IMG/VR virus record: IMGVR_UViG_3300006851_000004
Location: 1 to 35,717 of that record
DNA length: 35,717 bases
Origin: a virus
Lineage: Duplodnaviria > Caudoviricetes
Strand: one strand, 5' to 3'
Part shown: positions 1 to 9,327 of the stretch, one piece after another
Layout: each line of letters opens with the position of its first letter
How positions within the stretch are numbered: position 1 is the stretch's first letter
Notes under the pieces: generated by a model
Database searches by the model: none
What the model was told of the DNA's origin: nothing
The model's input: only the letters and a program-made list of their open reading frames with translations
Translations under genes and position numbers: made by a program

Positions 1-123
1 GTGTACGTTAGTTCAACTCCTGGTAACGAGGGCGTGGATTTCGACGATAAATTCGCGGCAGCGTAATGGACATTAGCATACTTGAAGAGAAACCCGAAAA
101 AGTAAGGGTAAATGAAGAAATGA
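1..123. repeat. Terminal direct repeat, copy 1 (circular-assembly overlap)
   Basis: 1-123 is identical to 35595-35717; it falls across the end of ORF 35079-35660 and the start of ORF 66-461. Confidence 0.95.
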
Positions 124-461
124 TGCGCTCTTATATTGAATTGTATAAGAGCGTATTTCATAAGGAGCCTAATTGCGCCAGCTGTTCATTTTCAAATGAT
201 TTCAGACGGCTGCAAAACTATTTCAAACAACACCATAAAGAACAAGTTATGAGCAATTCAAAGAAGTATAAATTAAACGCGCGACACAAAGATGAAATTT
301 TGCGTTACGCAAAAGACGGCAAGACCTATCGTCTGTACGGGCGCGACATCAATGACGATTTCGCAAAAGCATATTTGAAGCACGGGAAAAAATCGGAGTT
401 GAAAAATCGAGCCGATAAATTTGACCATATTCCGAAAAACAAGAAGAAAACAAAGAAGTAG
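66..461 (+). CDS. Hypothetical protein in head module (CxxC motif)
   Basis: 131 aa ORF coupled (TAATG) to the upstream structural gene and abutting the portal; contains CASC. Confidence 0.7.
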   Translation: MDISILEEKPEKVRVNEEMMRSYIELYKSVFHKEPNCASCSFSNDFRRLQNYFKQHHKEQVMSNSKKYKLNARHKDEILRYAKDGKTYRLYGRDINDDFAKAYLKHGKKSELKNRADKFDHIPKNKKKTKK

Positions 462-1586
462 ATGAGCGTCAGAGCGAAATTAATACAGCTGTTCAGTCGA
501 AAAATCAAATATAATTCTAATAAGGATATTTGGCGAAACGGCGGCGACAACCATTACCCCGAGCGTGTTGAGCTGGTTATACAGAACAGCCCGACAGCAA
601 ATCGGGCAAGAAACTTAATGAGCAAATTCATTTCGGGAGCTGGTGTTGTGAATGATTTCGATCTTTCTGAAAACAGATTCATAAGTGATGTTATTAACGA
701 CATCGCTTATGATATTTCAACGCAGGGCGGGTTCTATATACACAGAACAGTCAAAATTGAAAACGGCAAGTTGGTTACGGGTGATGTCACTGTTATGGAT
801 TACCTCAAAATGCGACTTGGAAAAACGGACGACAACGGATTTGGCGGCAAAATATGGCAAGACGACTATGACGAAAGCACTGGATTTGGAAACACGAAAG
901 AAGCTAACTGGTATTATCCATTTTCAAATAATCAAGACGTAATTTCGGCTCAAATTGCAAACGATTACATCGGCAATTCTGAAAACTTAGAAGAGATGCT
1001 AGGCGCGTACCGCGGTCAAATTATGTACGTTAAGGCATTTCGCGGAAAAGTGTACGCGCTTAGCCCTTTCGATTCTGTGTACGACGATTGCGACACCGAT
1101 TATCGGATTAGTCTGTACTCGAACAAGACTATCCGTTCGGGTTTTTTAGGAAAAAAAATGTTTTTGACGAACGGTTTGAGCCCCGAAGACGAAGAGCGAA
1201 TGGAAGAGAACATTGCGGGTTGGCTTGGCGCTGAAAATTCGTCTAACGTGTATTACGCGAACCTTGATAACGCGGAAGATATAGAGAAAGCGATACACGT
1301 GAAAAACATAGACACAGATTTCAATGACGATATGTTCACGAACACACAGCAGAGAATCAAGCGCAATATCCTGGGAGCAGCAAACAACGCTCCAGAAGCG
1401 CTTATTTTCAGCAATGACGGCGGCTTATTTTCAGGAAGCGGAGAGCAATTGAAGCAGCTTAAGAAATTCTATTCTGAACAGACAGCAAGTGAGCGGGCGC
1501 TAATTGAACGCTCATTGAAAATGCTAGGATATGAAGTTGAAATTAAAAAACTAGGCGATGATAGAATTGACGAAACAGGACTTTAA
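462..1586 (+). CDS. Portal protein (putative)
   Basis: 374 aa; 'NHYPERV...NSPTA...FISGAG' N-terminus and 'GAENSS'/'GGLFSGSGEQL' segments resemble Bacteroidetes phage portals; head-module position. Confidence 0.75.
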   Translation: MSVRAKLIQLFSRKIKYNSNKDIWRNGGDNHYPERVELVIQNSPTANRARNLMSKFISGAGVVNDFDLSENRFISDVINDIAYDISTQGGFYIHRTVKIENGKLVTGDVTVMDYLKMRLGKTDDNGFGGKIWQDDYDESTGFGNTKEANWYYPFSNNQDVISAQIANDYIGNSENLEEMLGAYRGQIMYVKAFRGKVYALSPFDSVYDDCDTDYRISLYSNKTIRSGFLGKKMFLTNGLSPEDEERMEENIAGWLGAENSSNVYYANLDNAEDIEKAIHVKNIDTDFNDDMFTNTQQRIKRNILGAANNAPEALIFSNDGGLFSGSGEQLKQLKKFYSEQTASERALIERSLKMLGYEVEIKKLGDDRIDETGL

Positions 1587-2121
1587 TTGCGTAGGATTGG
1601 TCGCGAGACATTGCAACAACGAGAAACTTTGCATCGCGATTGACGAAGCTAAGATGTTTGATTTCATTCCATTGATTTGCGAACTGGCTAGCGATGTAAA
1701 ATCGCACTGGAGTGAGATAAGTGGCGATTTCTACGACTTGATTAACGGAAGTGATTACACAGATTGCGGAGGGAATACAGTGCATCAAATAGGCTTAAAA
1801 CGCGTATTAGTGTACTACGCTTACGCGCGTTATGTGATGATTAATAATTTCGACGATACGCCAAACGGCGGCGTAACGAAAACAAATGATTTCTCAATGC
1901 CAAAACCGCTAAAGGAATTGCGGTCGATTTCAAACCGATACCGCGCTATGGCTAAGCAGGTTTGGGAATATCAGGTATTGCCTTACTTGTGCCACAATAA
2001 AGATAAATTCATTAACTTTGATTCAAGCGATTGCAGAGGGTGCGGATGCGGTTCTAACTGCAATTTAAACAAGGAAAACACAAAGGGCTACGGATTAACA
2101 GGCGTAAATATTGGAGAATGA
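1558..2121 (+). CDS. Head-tail adaptor-like protein (putative)
   Basis: 187 aa directly after the portal; 'GLKRVLVYYAYARYV...TPNGGVTK' motif; Cys-rich C-terminus. Confidence 0.55.
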   Translation: MIELTKQDFNCVGLVARHCNNEKLCIAIDEAKMFDFIPLICELASDVKSHWSEISGDFYDLINGSDYTDCGGNTVHQIGLKRVLVYYAYARYVMINNFDDTPNGGVTKTNDFSMPKPLKELRSISNRYRAMAKQVWEYQVLPYLCHNKDKFINFDSSDCRGCGCGSNCNLNKENTKGYGLTGVNIGE

Positions 2122-2723
2122 TTTGTGAAAGATTGACTAGAAATATCGACAACAGATGCGGATCACCAGCTAGAAAATTTGAGCAACGGTTGGTGCTTAT
2201 TCCTTATGACGATATTCTAAGCTACGTTATTGACACTTCGAATGACAACCATAGTGCGGAATTTTATCTTTTACCTACTTATTCAGGGGGGCATCACATC
2301 GTTTCTAACGCGAACGGAGATAATATCAGCGCTAGTTTCAATATGAGCCGAGATGAAAATATACCTCGATACACTCATACCGTGAATTTCCCAATTATAG
2401 GGATTGAAGGCAAGGTAATGAACGCGTTAAGAAAAATCGACGCTACAAAATATGTAGCTGTTTTGCGATTTGGAGACGGCACAATCAAAATATACGGGCT
2501 AGAAAACGGATTGAAAAGCACAGGTTATTCCTACACCCCACAAAGCCGTTCGGGCGGTGGCAGAATTTCTCTGAAAAGTGATTTCACTGAGAGCTTCCAG
2601 CCATTTGAATATTCTGGCGATAAGGGGAACTTTGACAACGATTTCAATAACCCGGTAATCACATTAACAGGCGACTATAACGACGATTATAACGATAGTT
2701 ACGCCCAAAATTTCTACTTATGA
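2118..2723 (+). CDS. Tail tube-like protein, paralog of 35079-35660 with acidic C-terminal extension
   Basis: Aligns by eye with 35079-35660 over most of its length (YTH.V, YV.V...DGT..IYG..NG, GG..I.L.S). Confidence 0.6.
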   Translation: MICERLTRNIDNRCGSPARKFEQRLVLIPYDDILSYVIDTSNDNHSAEFYLLPTYSGGHHIVSNANGDNISASFNMSRDENIPRYTHTVNFPIIGIEGKVMNALRKIDATKYVAVLRFGDGTIKIYGLENGLKSTGYSYTPQSRSGGGRISLKSDFTESFQPFEYSGDKGNFDNDFNNPVITLTGDYNDDYNDSYAQNFYL

Positions 2724-3298
2724 CGATTGCACAACTATATCAATTAATTGACGATAATATTCGTGAAAATCATAACGAAGAAATAACTGGCGCTATTGAT
2801 AATTCAGTCAGACACGCTGTCGTAGATTGGGTGTGGGGGGAAGTAGGCGACTTAAACAACTTAAACACTAACAATAAGAGTGATTTAGTTTCCGCTATCA
2901 ACGAAGCTCTTACTGAAATAACGAATAATCAAGGGGCGGTTAATGACAAGCTTTTCGACAAGCTAACGGTAAAAAATGTAACAGACGTGAACACGGTTAC
3001 GGGGCTAACGGACGATTATTATATGTTGCGAGAAAACGCGAACAAACTGTATTTCGCGGTTAAAAAGTCGCTCGATTATGAGTTTGAAAATGCAAAATTG
3101 TTATTTCCGTTATCGTCGCAAAAAGTTATCTTAACGACGCCAAATGTCGCTAACTCAAATTATAACATTTGGGCTTTAGGGGTTATTAACAATGTACCAG
3201 CAGACGGTGAATTAATGGCGTTTGACGTATGGTTTCAAAATAAATATGTAGCTATTCCAGACTGGAGCGGCGATATGACTACAGGATTAAATTGGTAA
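2720..3298 (+). CDS. Tail fibre/adaptor structural protein
   Basis: N-terminal 'IRENHNEEITG', 'GDLNNLNTNNKSDLVSAINE' fibre-type coil, C-terminal IPDWSGD motif. Confidence 0.55.
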   Translation: MTIAQLYQLIDDNIRENHNEEITGAIDNSVRHAVVDWVWGEVGDLNNLNTNNKSDLVSAINEALTEITNNQGAVNDKLFDKLTVKNVTDVNTVTGLTDDYYMLRENANKLYFAVKKSLDYEFENAKLLFPLSSQKVILTTPNVANSNYNIWALGVINNVPADGELMAFDVWFQNKYVAIPDWSGDMTTGLNW

Positions 3299-3300
3299 TT

Positions 3301-3516
3301 ATGACAGCAGAAAGACAACTATTAACGGAGAATCTAAACTTTATGTTCTTGCCTGAAAATGAAATAACAAAATTAAGTTATGACAATGAAAATGACACAA
3401 TAGTTCTAAAAGATTGTTGGGGTGAGGTGTTGTGTGAGACGCCCGTGGAACGAAATACAATAGAGGAATTACAAGAAGAAGAAATTGAAAGATTTTACAA
3501 TTACTTAATTAAATAG
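3301..3516 (+). CDS. Small acidic hypothetical protein
   Basis: Fills the gap between two fibre genes; ATG at 3301 follows the stop at 3298. Confidence 0.55.
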   Translation: MTAERQLLTENLNFMFLPENEITKLSYDNENDTIVLKDCWGEVLCETPVERNTIEELQEEEIERFYNYLIK

Positions 3517-3519
3517 ATT

Positions 3520-5052
3520 ATGAGCTGGAAACAAGATATTATAACGGAGGTTACGGAACTGAAAGAGGTGCTAAAAACAAAGCTAAATGAGCTCCTTACT
3601 AAAGTCGAATCAAAAGCAGTTAAGCTTACGGCAGACCAGCCTAATGCAAAAATTAACTTGTTGGACATTAACAACAATGTTATTAGTACGTTAGACGTTG
3701 GTTTTCTCAACAACGAGGGTACTACAATATTTTTCAACACTACTACGGAAGAGATTGAGTTGAAAGACGACGCAGGAAATGTATTAAGTTCGTTCCCCGC
3801 TAGCGCATTAATGACTGGCGTGCCGTTCGGCATCGACCTTACAGGATCTACACTAGCACTAGTTGATAGTGCAAATGCGGTTGTGGATAGCGTTACGCTG
3901 AAAATAGCTAACATACAAGGCTTGCAGGCAGCCCTAGACGCTAAAGCAACACCTAGTGACATTAAAGACGGAACGTTTACTGTAAGCGGAACAGGAAGTT
4001 TGACAGGTAGCGGTTCTATGACAGCAAACCAAAGCGGAAACACTACAGCCCAATTGGATTTGACTGCAACTGCAAAACAGGATATTATTGACGCGGGAAA
4101 GCAGGACTTGCAGAGTGTTACCGATAATGGAAACGAAACTACTAATGATTTAGCGACAAACTACAATCATTATATAGGTAATTCAATTCGAGTAACAAAT
4201 ACTAGCGCAGGAAATGGCGTGTTGATAGAAACAAATATACCTATAAATACAGTTTCTTACGCCTCATTTGTAGGTGTAGAGTTTTCTGTATTGCCGTCAG
4301 TTAATTCTAAAAATATATTAAAAGTAAAAGCAGGATGTGACTTGTATGGTAATGGCATCCAAGATTTTTATGCTGAAATTAACGACGAAAGTTTTTTTGA
4401 TAATAATCTAAAAGCTTTTTTTAAAAACGGTAAACTTTTTTTCTGGTTTGAAATACAGGCTTTAGGACAAGCATCTACAGCACATCGTCATGTAGTAATA
4501 GATAGTATTAAAAGTGACATAAGTAATAATGTTATTGCTAATTTGACAGAAGAGGTTTTGCCGACATCAGGCGTAACGGGTTTGATTGATGCTGTTTTTT
4601 CATTTCAAGCTACTCAAAAATGGGTGACGGACCAACTTAGCATGTTACCAGCTGGGTACACAGATGAAGAAGCACAAGACGCTGTAGGAACTATCTTAAG
4701 CGCTAATTTAGCGTATAATGACGCGACCCCAGAAATAGATTTGTCTAGTGCTATATTAACAAAAATCGACCACGGAGAAACAGCTTTTGGTTGGGGAAAT
4801 CACGCAAGTGCAGGTTACTTGAAAACTGAAACAGACACCCTACAAAGCGTTACAGATAGAGGTGCTTCATCTACTAATGCAATAACGGTTAAGGCGCTTA
4901 AAGTTACAGATACACCGCTTTTAAATGGTATCACAAATGACAAAGTACTAACAACTGACGCTAACGGAAACTTGACAATGGTTGACGGCGCAGAACCTTA
5001 TGTAACAATACCAGATTGGTCAGGCGACCTTTTAGCTGGATTAAACTTTTAG
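3520..5052 (+). CDS. Tail fibre protein
   Basis: 510 aa, rich in T/G/N/S; fibre-type motifs 'IQGLQAALDAKA', 2x 'LQSVTD.G', 'AFGWGNHASAGYL', 'YTDEEAQDAVG'. Confidence 0.75.
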   Translation: MSWKQDIITEVTELKEVLKTKLNELLTKVESKAVKLTADQPNAKINLLDINNNVISTLDVGFLNNEGTTIFFNTTTEEIELKDDAGNVLSSFPASALMTGVPFGIDLTGSTLALVDSANAVVDSVTLKIANIQGLQAALDAKATPSDIKDGTFTVSGTGSLTGSGSMTANQSGNTTAQLDLTATAKQDIIDAGKQDLQSVTDNGNETTNDLATNYNHYIGNSIRVTNTSAGNGVLIETNIPINTVSYASFVGVEFSVLPSVNSKNILKVKAGCDLYGNGIQDFYAEINDESFFDNNLKAFFKNGKLFFWFEIQALGQASTAHRHVVIDSIKSDISNNVIANLTEEVLPTSGVTGLIDAVFSFQATQKWVTDQLSMLPAGYTDEEAQDAVGTILSANLAYNDATPEIDLSSAILTKIDHGETAFGWGNHASAGYLKTETDTLQSVTDRGASSTNAITVKALKVTDTPLLNGITNDKVLTTDANGNLTMVDGAEPYVTIPDWSGDLLAGLNF

Positions 5053-5055
5053 AAA

Positions 5056-5439
5056 ATGGCAGATACTTGGAAAACAGATATAATAACGGAATTGACGCAG
5101 CTTAAAAACGAGCTTAGAGACAAGCTGAATAAGTGTTATACAACACCGATAACGGAAATATCCGTTCCACCTGCTTACAACGTCGATTACAGCAAAGGGA
5201 AGGTGTTTAAGCTAACTATGACAGCAGACACTACATTTAATTTTGTGAAGCCCCCATCAGGCACTAACGTTGTTATAGAGCTTATTATTGACGGTAATTT
5301 TGTGCCTACTTTTACGGGAGCAACTATGCTAAATGGGTCAGCTCCTTTTGACGGAACTAAAACTAATCACATTACGCTATCAATTAATAACTACACTTCT
5401 GGAACAGACGATATACTGTACACAATTCAATGGATATGA
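5056..5439 (+). CDS. Short fibre-associated beta-rich protein
   Basis: N-terminus homologous to that of 3520-5052; 'VDYSKGKVFKLTMTADTTFNF' resembles fibre-tip domains. Confidence 0.6.
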   Translation: MADTWKTDIITELTQLKNELRDKLNKCYTTPITEISVPPAYNVDYSKGKVFKLTMTADTTFNFVKPPSGTNVVIELIIDGNFVPTFTGATMLNGSAPFDGTKTNHITLSINNYTSGTDDILYTIQWI

Positions 5440-6089
5440 GAGCATTATTTTTACAACCATGTTACGGTGAATGCACGCTAAAAACGGATTCTACTAGTCA
5501 ATTTTGGCGAACTTTTTTTCAGCCTGAAAACAGTTTGTCATATGAGTATTCTGGTGGTCTTACAGGAAGTATGGCTGGGAAAAACCCTTATATCGATATG
5601 ACAGCTAATACAGGAGTTGTTGATATGATTATAAGCGGTAATTTAGGTATTATAGAGTATTGTGTTTTCGGAGAATACGATAGCATTATTTCTGTTGATT
5701 TAAGTGACTTTTGGAATGCTAAAATACTTGAAATAATACAATCATCGTTAACCTCAATTGACGTTAGTAATAATAAAAAATTAGAAAAAATAACCCTTAC
5801 AAAATGCGACATATCTTATATAGATTTAAGCGTTAATAACTCATTAAAAACACTAATTCTGCTAGAAACAAAAATAACCTCTATTATTTTTCCGACGTCA
5901 AGCAAAATAAACTTTTTAGATTTAACTCTTTGCACAGTTATATCATCAACCGAATTAGACGCAATAATAATAGATTTAGATAATACTGGTGTAACTGACG
6001 GTTTTTTTGGGTTACCAACAGCAACAAGGACGTCAGCAAGTGACACAGCATACAACTCACTCATTTCAAAAAACTGGAGAATACAATAA
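5430..6089 (+). CDS. Leucine-rich-repeat-like protein, candidate receptor-binding protein
   Basis: ~21-aa repeats such as LTSIDVSNNKKLEKITL and ISYIDLSVNNSLKTLIL; AT-rich. Confidence 0.6.
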   Translation: MDMRALFLQPCYGECTLKTDSTSQFWRTFFQPENSLSYEYSGGLTGSMAGKNPYIDMTANTGVVDMIISGNLGIIEYCVFGEYDSIISVDLSDFWNAKILEIIQSSLTSIDVSNNKKLEKITLTKCDISYIDLSVNNSLKTLILLETKITSIIFPTSSKINFLDLTLCTVISSTELDAIIIDLDNTGVTDGFFGLPTATRTSASDTAYNSLISKNWRIQ

Positions 6090-6091
6090 TT

Positions 6092-6304
6092 ATGAAAAAT
6101 ATTACAGAAAACCCGCTTAGCACTTTCATCGGAATAGCATTCATTGCATTAGCTATATCATTACTATTCATAGACACTATATATTCACCGCTACCGCTTT
6201 GGGCTTTAGGCATTATAGCGGTAGCAGGCTTGCTTTTACTTTTCGCTAAGGACAAGTTCATTTCGATAATCACGTTAGGACTCGATAGATTCCTAAAAAA
6301 ATAG
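6092..6304 (+). CDS. Holin-like membrane protein
   Basis: 70 aa, two hydrophobic segments, basic C-terminus, upstream of the endolysin. Confidence 0.6.
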   Translation: MKNITENPLSTFIGIAFIALAISLLFIDTIYSPLPLWALGIIAVAGLLLLFAKDKFISIITLGLDRFLKK

Positions 6305-6350
6305 TAAATTATCGTATTGGGTTGCTACTTGGGGAACAATTACAGCAGCT

Positions 6351-6620
6351 ATGAAAAAAACAATAAAAATGGAACAGGGCAAGCATATCATCGACAGCAT
6401 ACTATTAGGCTTGACGTGGACACTTAGCATTATATCTACAGTCACTCAAAGCGAGCTAACTTTTTTTCTCGCAACGAGTGTATCGGTAATTTCAATCGTG
6501 TATTTTATTTTCGCCATTCGTGAAAAAGTTGTAAAAATAAAAGAAATAAAGGAGCGTCGAAAAAACAGGCTCAACAAACAAATTAACAAAAATGGTAAGG
6601 ATACAAAAAATAAACACTAG
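6351..6620 (+). CDS. Holin/antiholin-like membrane protein
   Basis: Two hydrophobic segments, very basic tail; two possible starts (MKKTIK-M). Confidence 0.6.
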   Translation: MKKTIKMEQGKHIIDSILLGLTWTLSIISTVTQSELTFFLATSVSVISIVYFIFAIREKVVKIKEIKERRKNRLNKQINKNGKDTKNKH

Positions 6621-6747
6621 ACACTATCGCGTAAATGGCAAACTTATTAACGTTTACGGCGAAAAGATTATGAACTCTAATACGCTAGAATCGAATGAGT
6701 TGTCAGCGCTCAAAAAACATTTAGGATGCACAAAGAAAACCAAGTAG
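6592..6747 (+). CDS. Small hypothetical protein (51 aa, not in ORF track)
   Basis: MVRIQKINTRHYRVNGKLINVYG...; fills the gap between the membrane gene and the endolysin. Confidence 0.45.
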   Translation: MVRIQKINTRHYRVNGKLINVYGEKIMNSNTLESNELSALKKHLGCTKKTK

Positions 6748-7349
6748 CTAAGTTTCAGCGCGTTCACGACTTAATCGAGGACGGCATTATCGGTAAAAAA
6801 ACAGCCGACACTATGGCCACAGTGTGGGGCTTAACTTACACGCAGCTAGCTCACTTCCTTGGGCAATGCGCCCACGAGTCGCTTAACTTCACTCGGTCAG
6901 TCGAAAACACAAGCTATTCAGCTGAGCGGCTGTTACAAGTATTCCGAAAGTATTTCACGCCAGAAGCAGCTGAATTATACGAACACAAACCGCGACTAAC
7001 AGCCCGATTTGTTTACGCTGACAGAATGGGGAATGGAGGAATTGATACGATTGACGGCTGGTTGTACCGCGGACACGGGGTTATTATGCTTACAGGAAAA
7101 TATAATTATATTGACTTCGCTGATCACGTTAAAGATATTGATGTTATCCAAGCGCCAGAGCTGTTGAGGGGGAAATACTATTTCGACGCGGGGCTTTATT
7201 TCTTCGAGAAAAACAAAATATTTGATATTGCGAACGATTTCGAGATAAGCACGATTAACGCTATCACGAAAAGGATTAACGGAGGTTACAACGGTATAGC
7301 CGATCGAAAGAAAAAGACGATGTACTACAAAGAATTATTAGGATTATGA
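6726..7349 (+). CDS. Endolysin, glycoside hydrolase family 19, with N-terminal peptidoglycan-binding-like segment
   Basis: 'LAHFLGQCAHES', 'GWLYRGHGVIMLTGKYNY', 'ITKRINGGYNGIADR' GH19 motifs; 'FQRVHDLIEDGIIGKKT' PG-binding-like. Confidence 0.92.
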   Translation: MHKENQVAKFQRVHDLIEDGIIGKKTADTMATVWGLTYTQLAHFLGQCAHESLNFTRSVENTSYSAERLLQVFRKYFTPEAAELYEHKPRLTARFVYADRMGNGGIDTIDGWLYRGHGVIMLTGKYNYIDFADHVKDIDVIQAPELLRGKYYFDAGLYFFEKNKIFDIANDFEISTINAITKRINGGYNGIADRKKKTMYYKELLGL

Positions 7350-8002
7350 AAATTCACAGATTAATTCCCTGGGCAGCCTGCATCGTGTTGTTAATCTTCA
7401 CAGTAGGCAATTGTCGAGGCAGAAAACAAGCGGAAAACAAGGCGGACAATGTTCGTGATTACTTGACCGATTCTATTCATTACTACAAGCTAAAAAACGG
7501 AAAACAAGCGGCTAAAATATCGGCATTAAATGGCGACAATGCTAGTCTTGAATTGTTGTTGTCAGAAACCTCATCACAGCTCAAAGAAATTACTCGAAAA
7601 TACAATCGCGTTGATGCTGCGATTGAAATTAAAACAGTAACTAAGATTGATACCGCACATCAACGTTACACAGACACTATTAAATACGAGTTCAAGCGCG
7701 ACTGGACAATTCAGTCAGAGTGGTACAAAATACAAGGCACAAGCACTCAATTAGGCAACACTATTAATTCAATTAAGATACCGAACGACCTTTCAATCGC
7801 AGTTGGGCAAGAGGGCTCAAAATACACGATTACGGCAACTAACTCAAATCCGTACATCAAAGCTGCCGAGATGAAAAGTTTTACCCTAAAAACAAAGCCC
7901 ACGCATTGGGGCGTAGGATTGATTGGTGGTTATGGCATCGGTAAGAGCGGAGCCACCTATTTTGTGGGAGCTGGAATTTATTACCGATTGTTTGGCTTTT
8001 AA
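7346..8002 (+). CDS. Spanin-like lysis accessory protein (putative)
   Basis: N-terminal hydrophobic segment ending in Cys, coil, and Gly/aromatic C-terminal segment ending in Phe; follows the endolysin. Confidence 0.5.
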   Translation: MKIHRLIPWAACIVLLIFTVGNCRGRKQAENKADNVRDYLTDSIHYYKLKNGKQAAKISALNGDNASLELLLSETSSQLKEITRKYNRVDAAIEIKTVTKIDTAHQRYTDTIKYEFKRDWTIQSEWYKIQGTSTQLGNTINSIKIPNDLSIAVGQEGSKYTITATNSNPYIKAAEMKSFTLKTKPTHWGVGLIGGYGIGKSGATYFVGAGIYYRLFGF

Positions 8003-8159
8003 AATGGTTTAGTTACGACGTCAATTTTTAGAATTTGACGCCACCCTTTGAAAAAAAATATGGCTTTATCTTCGCTCTTTTCGTTTTGACGGAAAGGATT
8101 ATTTTCCCTATCTTCGCCTTAGCGATTATTCGTATTTTTCATATTGTATTTTGATTTTG

Positions 8160-8187
8160 AACCCGTCAGTTTTGGCGGGTTTTTTTT
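8160..8187 (+). terminator. Rho-independent terminator
   Basis: AACCCGTCA-GTTT-TGGCGGGTT followed by a T run. Confidence 0.85.
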
Positions 8188-8379
8188 AATTAAAAAAACA
8201 CCTGATAATCAGTAAGTTACGCATTTATTTTCTCGATTTGTTTTTATTTTGTTTTTTTTAGTACTCAACATTATTTTTCTCTTTTTCTATTTTAAGCTCG
8301 TAGTGACTTATACGGGCTTTATCGTTAATCTTTTTGGCTTCCTCTAGGCATCTTCGCAGCCTTTTGAACGATTCTAGCG

Positions 8380-9072
8380 TCATACGTTAAGTATTTTCGG
8401 GCTATACTTGTCAGCCCATTTTTTTCGCAAGTATTTGATTAGCGATTTGTATTCGGTAATAAGCCCGTCATCAATAATTTGCGAAACAAGTAATTCAAGA
8501 GATACAAGTTCATTCATTTCGGTTTCGGTCATTTCGTTACGAGCGTCTTTGATATGTCGATTGCACACGATGTAATTAAGAGCCTCAGCTGTTTTCGCTA
8601 TGTTTTTAACAACGCGCTTTGTTTTCGAGATTGAAGCGACAGAGGAAGACAGACGTTTATAAGCGTCACCCGCCTTGTTTCTATAATCAACTAGATTATC
8701 TTGCACGAATTTAAGAACGTCATACTCGAATCTAGGATTAATATACATTCCGAATTTTAAAAACAATAAGGGGTGCATCCAGACTTTATCAGAAGCCCTG
8801 CCGTTTTTTGTCATTCGCCCCTTAACTTCCATAAAGGGTTGATTTTTACCCTTAACCCGTTTTCGGGATAAGGTTTTTTCCCTTTCAACTAGCTCATCAA
8901 CGAATTCCAAAGTTCTTTTCGACTTTAAAAAACGGTTCATTTGACGTTTTCCATTCCCTTTTTTTGCATTCCATTGACGAAGCAGAACATTGGCATCAAA
9001 GTACCCGTCTTTTGTCCGTTGAACAATTTCAAATCCGCCCATTTGGCGCGTCAAGTTTACATTTGTTTTCAT
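8380..9072 (-). CDS. KilA-N domain DNA-binding protein
   Basis: 'QRTKDGYFDANVLLRQWN...VWMHPLLFLKFGMYINPRFEYDV' KilA-N signature; ATG at 9072 preferred over the track start 9114. Confidence 0.88.
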   Translation of the reverse strand: MKTNVNLTRQMGGFEIVQRTKDGYFDANVLLRQWNAKKGNGKRQMNRFLKSKRTLEFVDELVEREKTLSRKRVKGKNQPFMEVKGRMTKNGRASDKVWMHPLLFLKFGMYINPRFEYDVLKFVQDNLVDYRNKAGDAYKRLSSSVASISKTKRVVKNIAKTAEALNYIVCNRHIKDARNEMTETEMNELVSLELLVSQIIDDGLITEYKSLIKYLRKKWADKYSPKILNV

Positions 9073-9171
9073 AAAAAGAAAAACCCCCGTTATCAGTGGT
9101 AGTGGGCACGTCAAACGAGGGTTTCATTAAGATTTTCAAAACGTAACCACTACTTTACAAAGGCAAATATA
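9073..9171 (-). promoter_or_regulatory. Promoter (-7 TATATTTG at 9164-9171) with attenuator-like leader of the KilA-N gene
   Basis: Stem 9081-9091/9114-9124 with U-rich tail; loop segment 9099-9105 complementary to 9147-9153. Confidence 0.65.
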
Positions 9172-9327
9172 CAAATTAATTTCAGTTAACCGCATAAAAA
9201 AACAATTAATTTTATTACATTTGAAACATACTTCAAATAGGTATTGAGTGAAAATAGCGCTTTCGGAGAAATTCCACGCAGCGCTATTTTTTTTGCTCAA
9301 AAGTTTTTTTAATCGAAAACATTTTTT

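Noticed and set aside
1-123. Terminal repeat as a biological DTR
   Set aside because: It is an exact overlap cutting through coding sequence, best explained as circular-assembly overlap; physical ends cannot be inferred
3520-6089. Diversity-generating retroelement or invertible fibre shufflon
   Set aside because: No reverse transcriptase or invertase, and no TR/VR pair seen; the repeats are short, direct and diverged at synonymous sites
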